From the NCBI GenBank assembly GCA_002269645.1, contig NIVC01003052.1, positions 89,560 to 153,559 of the forward strand: DNA of 64,000 bases, written 5' to 3'. A program made the translations under genes and the position numbers. Of the stretch, positions 60,150 to 64,000 are shown one piece after another (the stretch's first letter is position 1; each line of letters opens with the position of its first letter). Below the pieces are notes generated by a model, which saw nothing but the letters and a program-made list of their open reading frames with translations, was not told the DNA's origin and searched no databases. Origin of the DNA: Macrostomum lignano. Taxonomy: Eukaryota.

Positions 60150-63100
60150 CGTCTCTCTGTCCGTCCGTCTACGTATCTGTTTATCTATTAGTTTATCTGC
60201 TCATATTCTACTCATAAATTATCTCAACTTAACGCTTCTTATTTTTCAACTTTTATTCGCATTCCATACTGCTTGAGCAGTGCCGCCTTTTCTAGCATTC
60301 CATTTTTAAGTACCTCGGCGAAATTCCTTTGACTACTAGACTTTCTCAAACCGACTTTTCTCTTGCATTGCTAACATTTTGTAGAAAAGTTTTCCTTGGC
60401 AGAAAGAATTTCTTACAGACCAAAGGGCTATTGCTAAAATAGAATAAATAATTCTGTGGCAATGTGCGAATTCAGTTGTATGAAAACTGCATGGTATTGC
60501 ATTGTAATGATTTCATTTTATGTAGCTAAATATATATGCTATTATATAGAATACAATATTGCCATGGCTTCGTGGCACTTGAAGGCCACACAGAGAGTGT
60601 CGTTTTTTCAAGATTCTGCTAGCGATTCATGCGAGTAGATTGGGTCCGTCTCTTCTAGTTTTAATATAATAATTGACCAATGCGAGCAAAAGCTACGAAG
60701 ATGGGCTGGCTTCATCAACCACCCACCCCAGTCAGTTTCTGGTCTGTCGGAGTTATAAATGCAAAGACGCCCACGCGATTTAAGGGCTAAGAAGCTCAGG
60801 AGGCAGACAGACACAGTTTTTTCTTCTTCTCTATTCTAGTTTTACCGACGCTGTGCGCCTGCTCCGCCTCCGCCTCTCCATTCTCTTCTATTTGTTTCTC
60901 TGTCTTTTTTTGCTTCTTATTTCTTCTGCTTCTAAAAGCTGAGACAAAGAGATCGAGTGAAGCTACAGCTTTCAACAGAAGTAAAAACAAGGAAAGTGAC
61001 TGTTAACTAAAGTTTGAAGCAAGCAAATAAAACTGCGAATATCATCTGCTTCGGCATGACATCAACTGCGACATCGACGAAATGCTAAAGTGGTCTTCTG
61101 GTGTTTCTACAGCCTCTGCTCCATCGAGCTTAGTGCAACAATCTGTTGTGCAATCTTCTGATCAGCAGACGGATCTGCTTAGAAATAGATTCTATAGTTT
61201 TCGACTGCCAAAAATTGTTAGCAATCGTCAGTCTGCAACGTCTGCAGAAAGTTTGCGGAAACAACAACTACAACAGCAGCAACAGCAGAGAAAATCGATT
61301 CTATCAGAGAAATCTGCTGCTTCTAGTGGAGCTGACAGCGGCGCAATTGTTGAGCCAGCTTTGTCATCTGTTGCGTCATCTTCTGTTTCAACGTCGACTA
61401 GATTTTCGTTTCGTTTTCTTCGCCTGGTTGGCAACAGTAGCAGCGACAGATCTGAGCAGAAGAAGAAGAAAAATAACAAGCCGAGTTCTGCTTCTAGTAG
61501 CAGCGCTATCGCAACGCCAACAGTAGTCGCGGCATCAGCCAGTTTAAGAGAAAACCGGCCTCTGCTATCGCCATTCAGGCGATCTAAAAGTTGTGCCGAT
61601 AGAGGGTCAAAACGGAAGAAGGTAGGGCAAGACAATCATTATAATATTGATTTTGTCAGTCTAGTTGACAATTTAGCCAATCCATGTCGAATAGCAGCAG
61701 TCACTGCCATCGTAGAGCTGCACTTTGACCATAGACAAATAAAGACTTGATTACAACACTTGGTCCCGATCTTGAATAGACTTGTCGAATTGATCGGCTG
61801 TATTGTCTATAGCCTAATTGGTGCCGATCTTTAACAGACTTGTCAAATTAATTGGCTGTATTGTCTATGGCCTAATTGGTGCCGATCTTTAACAGTCTTG
61901 TCCACTCAATTGGCTGTATTGTTTATGGCCTAATTGGTGCCGATCTTTAACAGACTTGTCGAATTTATTGGCTGTATTGTCTATAGCCTAATTGGTGCCG
62001 ATCTTTAACAGACTTGTCGAATAATTAATTGGCTGTATTGTCTATAGCCTAATTGGTCCCGATCTTGAATAGACTTGTCCACTTAATTGACTGTATTGTC
62101 TATGGCCTAATTGGTGCCGATCTTTAACAGACTTGTCGAATTGATTGGCTGTATTGTCTATGGTCGAAGTTCTGTTGCAGTGGCTGATGCTGCATTGAAT
62201 GAGGAGTTCTTTATCCCCTTGATTAGCTTGGCTAACTCAAATAGACTGGCAAAATCAATGATAAGCTGTAAAAAATATGATCTCCGACTTTGCTGCCGCT
62301 CAAGGATTTCATAAATCTCTAAAACGGCGTTGAAATAAATTCTATTTAAAAAATAAATCTTCTAGTTGGACTTTTTCGCTCTTTTCTTATTCCATTAACC
62401 CTACTACATAATTGTTACTGTGTTTCTAAGCTTTTTTAAACCTCTCAATCAAAATAGGGTATTTTTTACATTGAAGCTACTAAAATTTTTGTCATTAGAC
62501 TATAAAATTTATTGTATAATACGTTAGATTTTTTGTTTAGAAAAAAACTACAAATTTCAGTAAAACACATTTGAAACTGGCATTACAAAGAGAAAACCTT
62601 TATCTTTATGGTTGCATTAGAATAGTTGCTAAGTTATAAAATACTGGATAAAGTTTCTCTGGGGTATTCTCGTTTCTGTCTGTATTTTTATTTTGGTTTT
62701 GAAGTCCCGGTTTCTGGGTCAGTCAGTCAGTAAATGAACATTTTGCTTGTCTAGGCTGCTGAAAGTAATTTGCGTAATTTACATTATAAAATCCAAGTAT
62801 GACTATTTATAAGCGGCCGATGCTGACAGCACACAGTGGGAGTGACAGAGGAGATGCTGGCAGACTCACACTCATGTCTACTACTCATTCGCAGGCGTAC
62901 TACCGTGAAGGCGTGGCTCTGCAGTGTCTGGGCAAGTTTGCTGATGCTGCAGCGGCTCTCTGCCAGGGCCTTGGCAAAGATCCGAAAGATCGGGCACTGA
63001 TTCAGGGATTGGTTGACTGCGCCTTGGCGTCTCCTGTTCGAGGTCTGTATAAGTGACTTACTTTTAGTAGTGCATGGTATGGTTTGATTGGGTATACAGC

Positions 63101-63809
63101 GCTGGTTCCAAGTGATCGATCTTACCAATTAGCCAATTAGTCTAACTAATTAATTAGACAATCATTTCAACTCACTAAGTAGGTAATTAATCTGCTAACT
63201 GACTAATTAGATTATTAGTCTAACTCGCTAGTTAGGTAATCAAGTTAACTCGCTAATTAGGTAATTAGTCTAACTTACTAATTAGGTAATCAAGCTAACT
63301 CGCTAATTAAGGTAACCAGTCTAACTCGCTAATTAGGTAATCAAGCTAACTCGCTAATTAAGGTAATCAGTCTAACTCGCTAATTAGGTAATTAGTCTAA
63401 CTCACTAATTAGGTATTTAGTCTATTTTGCTAATTAGGTAATTAGTCTATCTCGCTAGTTAGGTGATAACTCTCAGTAATTAGGTAATACATTAGTTAAT
63501 AATTTATGTAAAAAATTACAATCTACAACCCGAACAGAGCGCTTCCTACCCGTCTACGAGCAGCTCTGCAAGCTGCACCTGGCCAACAGTGCATTCGTAC
63601 TCATGTCCGTTATCGGCCAAGAGCTGGAAAGCCTCGGCCAACATCCGCAAGCCATCACAGCGCTGGAATGCGCTCTGCAATTGGCACGAGCAGTTTGAAA
63701 TTGAAGGCCTCCGTGTTGAGCGCTTTGAGCAGAGCGCACTGGTCTGCTGGTCGTATTGACCCGGCTGTCACCTACATGCAGCAGGATCTCAGTGTGGTGC
63801 ACCAGCTGG
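50190..63809 (+). CDS. TTC28: Tetratricopeptide repeat protein 28 homolog, 5' part (continues beyond the window)
   Basis: Exons 50190-50300, 50449-50592, 62895-63042 and 63538-63809. Translation [41 protein letters not shown]...[18 protein letters not shown]...[13 protein letters not shown]...[14 protein letters not shown]...YMQQDL follows the TTC28 N-terminus as recalled. Exon 4 needs one extra base at about 63680. Confidence 0.9.
50600..51230. repeat. (GTCT)n microsatellite at the start of TTC28 intron 2
   Basis: Direct reading of the sequence. Confidence 0.95.
51925..52860. repeat. Variable minisatellite
   Basis: ggagaatcgcccatagaatatc(c/t)-type units. Confidence 0.9.
54130..54370 (-). 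mobile_element. Solo LTR
   Basis: TG...CA, 241 bp, essentially identical to 54772-55014 and 59173-59412, with CTATC on both sides. Confidence 0.95.
54772..59412 (-). mobile_element. Full-length Ty3/Gypsy (Mag-like) LTR retrotransposon
   Basis: 5' LTR 59173-59412 and 3' LTR 54772-55014, both TG..CA. Primer-binding site TGGCGACGAGG (59161-59171) is complementary to the tRNA-Ser(GCU) 3' end. Short polypurine tract GGAGGGA before the 3' LTR. 5-bp TSD CTATC. Confidence 0.97.
55192..59154 (-). CDS. Gag-Pol polyprotein, 1320 aa, intact
   Basis: Two CCHC knuckles ([28 protein letters not shown]), protease IDTGA, RT LPFG..FIDD, RNase H CDSS..EKEAL and integrase HHCC, HMDYAG, TDNG, NGLAER, in Gypsy domain order. 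Confidence 0.97.
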   Translation of the reverse strand: MATGLLCSIGPFEPENEDWLQYKERMEQVFIASDIESEDKKRAVFLSVCGKETFKLICSLLAPRKPSETSYADICQKLKEHWKPEPSEIVQRFHFYQRVRASTESVADFLASLRRLAVDCKFGNSLESMLRDRLVLGIQDDRIQRRLLSEPELDLEKALKIAQAVELAEKGCTVVRSSQEVAGPAAAASVDRVDQAKATGSGRAPQKCFRCLSTRHLADKCPFIKKACFKCGKLGHTAAACRRGAGVSGADSKPRVGAVQEAEDEDCSSLNTVPSVAAKVPPYLTKVLINGVSCQMEIDTGAAVSLISAKVYQDLLGGIPKLGGTTIRLRNYGGQPVNVLGQLSVTVEIPGNEKKLLPLVVVSGSGSSLIGRNWLSELTMDWRSIKELRERELPAQGNQQVEQLLQKYSAVFSDGLGCYTGEPLKLRTKPGAQPKFFKARTVPFALKSKVEEQLDREIEQGVLQPVSNSEYASPIVPVLKADGSVRICADFKRTVNQDVVQDSYPLPRIEELFAKLTGGQKFTKLDLSQAYQQLPLDSESQRLCTINTSKGLLRYTRLPFGISPAVGMFQRTMDGLLQGRPHTATFIDDLLVTGTDDAKHLENLEAVLQRLQDAGLKCRADKCRFMQESVSYLGHRIDAGGLHPLESKVSAIVEAPAPQDVTQLRSFLGLINYYGRFLPNLSSWLAPLHRLLDKGAAWQWNSPQESAFHRCKELLLSSQTLVHFDPGKEVILECDSSPYGLGAVICHLIDGVERPIAFASRTLADAEKNYSQTEKEALAVVFGVKRFHTYLYGRNFQLKSDHKPLLGLLHENKAIPPLASARIQRWALLLSSYSYRLHYRKGATLLRADALSRLPLPSKPAEAPAPAEVVLLIDSFNEGPVTAAQVRCWTRRDPLLGRVLRFVQEGWPEDRRGSEDLRPFASRAAELSVEDGCLLWGTRVVVPVQGRLALLECLHQSHLGASKLKSLARNYFWWPGMDGDIERLSQHCRQCKLHQHSPPPAPLQPWPWPDRPWSRVHMDYAGPFEGKMLLILVDAHSKWIEVHICQSATSSATIDRLRRTFSQLGLPEVVVTDNGPNFVSQEMESFMSSNGIRHVKVSPYHPASNGLAERAVQTVKAALAKGQPAALQTRLARFLLTYRVTPHSTTGVPPSQLMMGRPLRTLLDLVRPDVSAAVTRRQEAQKLQHDRRARARSFEEGDDVVVRDFTGQQKWLPASISRQTAPLSYECRLPDDRIVRRHADHVASAGVEPLTSGSTELPINDELRYESAEAEVPPLLPPTPPPPTQPPTAPPPPTQPPLPPTPQARRSQRNRKCPDRLTYK
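61082..61621 (+). CDS. Putative alternative first coding exon of TTC28 (180 aa, Ser/Gln-rich, low complexity)
   Basis: Open frame from ATG 61082 to a phase-0 donor AAG|GTAGGG at 61622, compatible with phase-0 exon 3 at 62895. The unspliced ORF continues to 61750. Confidence 0.5.
61770..62165. repeat. About 61-bp tandem repeat
   Basis: taattggtgccgatctttaacagacttgtcgaattgattggctgtattgtctatagcc-type units. Confidence 0.9.
63130..63490. repeat. About 25-bp minisatellite in TTC28 intron 3
   Basis: taattaggtaatcagtctaactcgc-type units. Confidence 0.85.
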
Positions 63810-64000
63810 GTGAGATTTTGATTCTATAGTGTGAGATTTTGATTCTGTAGAGTGAGATTTTGATTCTATAGAGTGAGATTTTGATACTATGGAGTGAGAT
63901 TTTGATTCTATAGTGTGAGATTTTGATTCTATGGAGTGAGATTTGATTCTATGGAGTGAGATTTAGTTCTATGGAGTGAGATTTATTCTATAGAGTGAGA
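63810..64000. repeat. 21-22-bp minisatellite starting at the exon 4 donor
   Basis: gtgagattttgattctat(a/g)ga units. Confidence 0.9.

Larger units (their letters stand above)
53766..60150. repeat. (TATC)n microsatellite array interrupted by a retrotransposon and a solo LTR
   Basis: TATC blocks at 53766-54129, 54371-54771 and 59413-60150. Confidence 0.95.

Noticed and set aside
63130-63490. ttaggt-containing repeat as interstitial telomere
   Set aside because: The unit is about 25 bp and AT-rich, not (TTAGGG)n.
445-64000. Regular repeat arrays as CRISPR loci (for example 445-766, 9956-10273, 39230-39700, 44960-45630)
   Set aside because: The units are head to tail with no unique spacers, there are no cas genes, and the context is eukaryotic introns.

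Overview
This is eukaryotic, not prokaryotic, DNA. It contains spliced genes (GT-AG introns) whose introns and spacers are packed with mini- and microsatellites and transposon relics. That architecture resembles the flatworm Macrostomum, which is an inference only. Minus-strand genes: an unidentified partial gene (1-2830), UTP18 (5 exons, 3006-11640) and a BET1-like SNARE (13744-14106). Plus-strand genes: an intronless isochorismatase-fold protein with an inserted CxxC-CxxC motif (29422-30069), a shortened CHPF-like glycosyltransferase (31320-34150), EXO1 (37957-42539) and the 5' part of TTC28 (50190 to the window end). TTC28 intron 2 holds an intact, very young Ty3/Gypsy (Mag-like) LTR retrotransposon inserted in a (TATC)n array, plus an adjacent solo LTR. 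Other mobile relics are a Penelope-like element with inverted ends and hammerhead remnants, a MULE pseudogene, Helitron-like elements, tRNA-derived SINEs and many MITEs. There is no CRISPR array and no rRNA or bona fide tRNA gene. All identifications come from manual translation and recalled family motifs; no database search was run.
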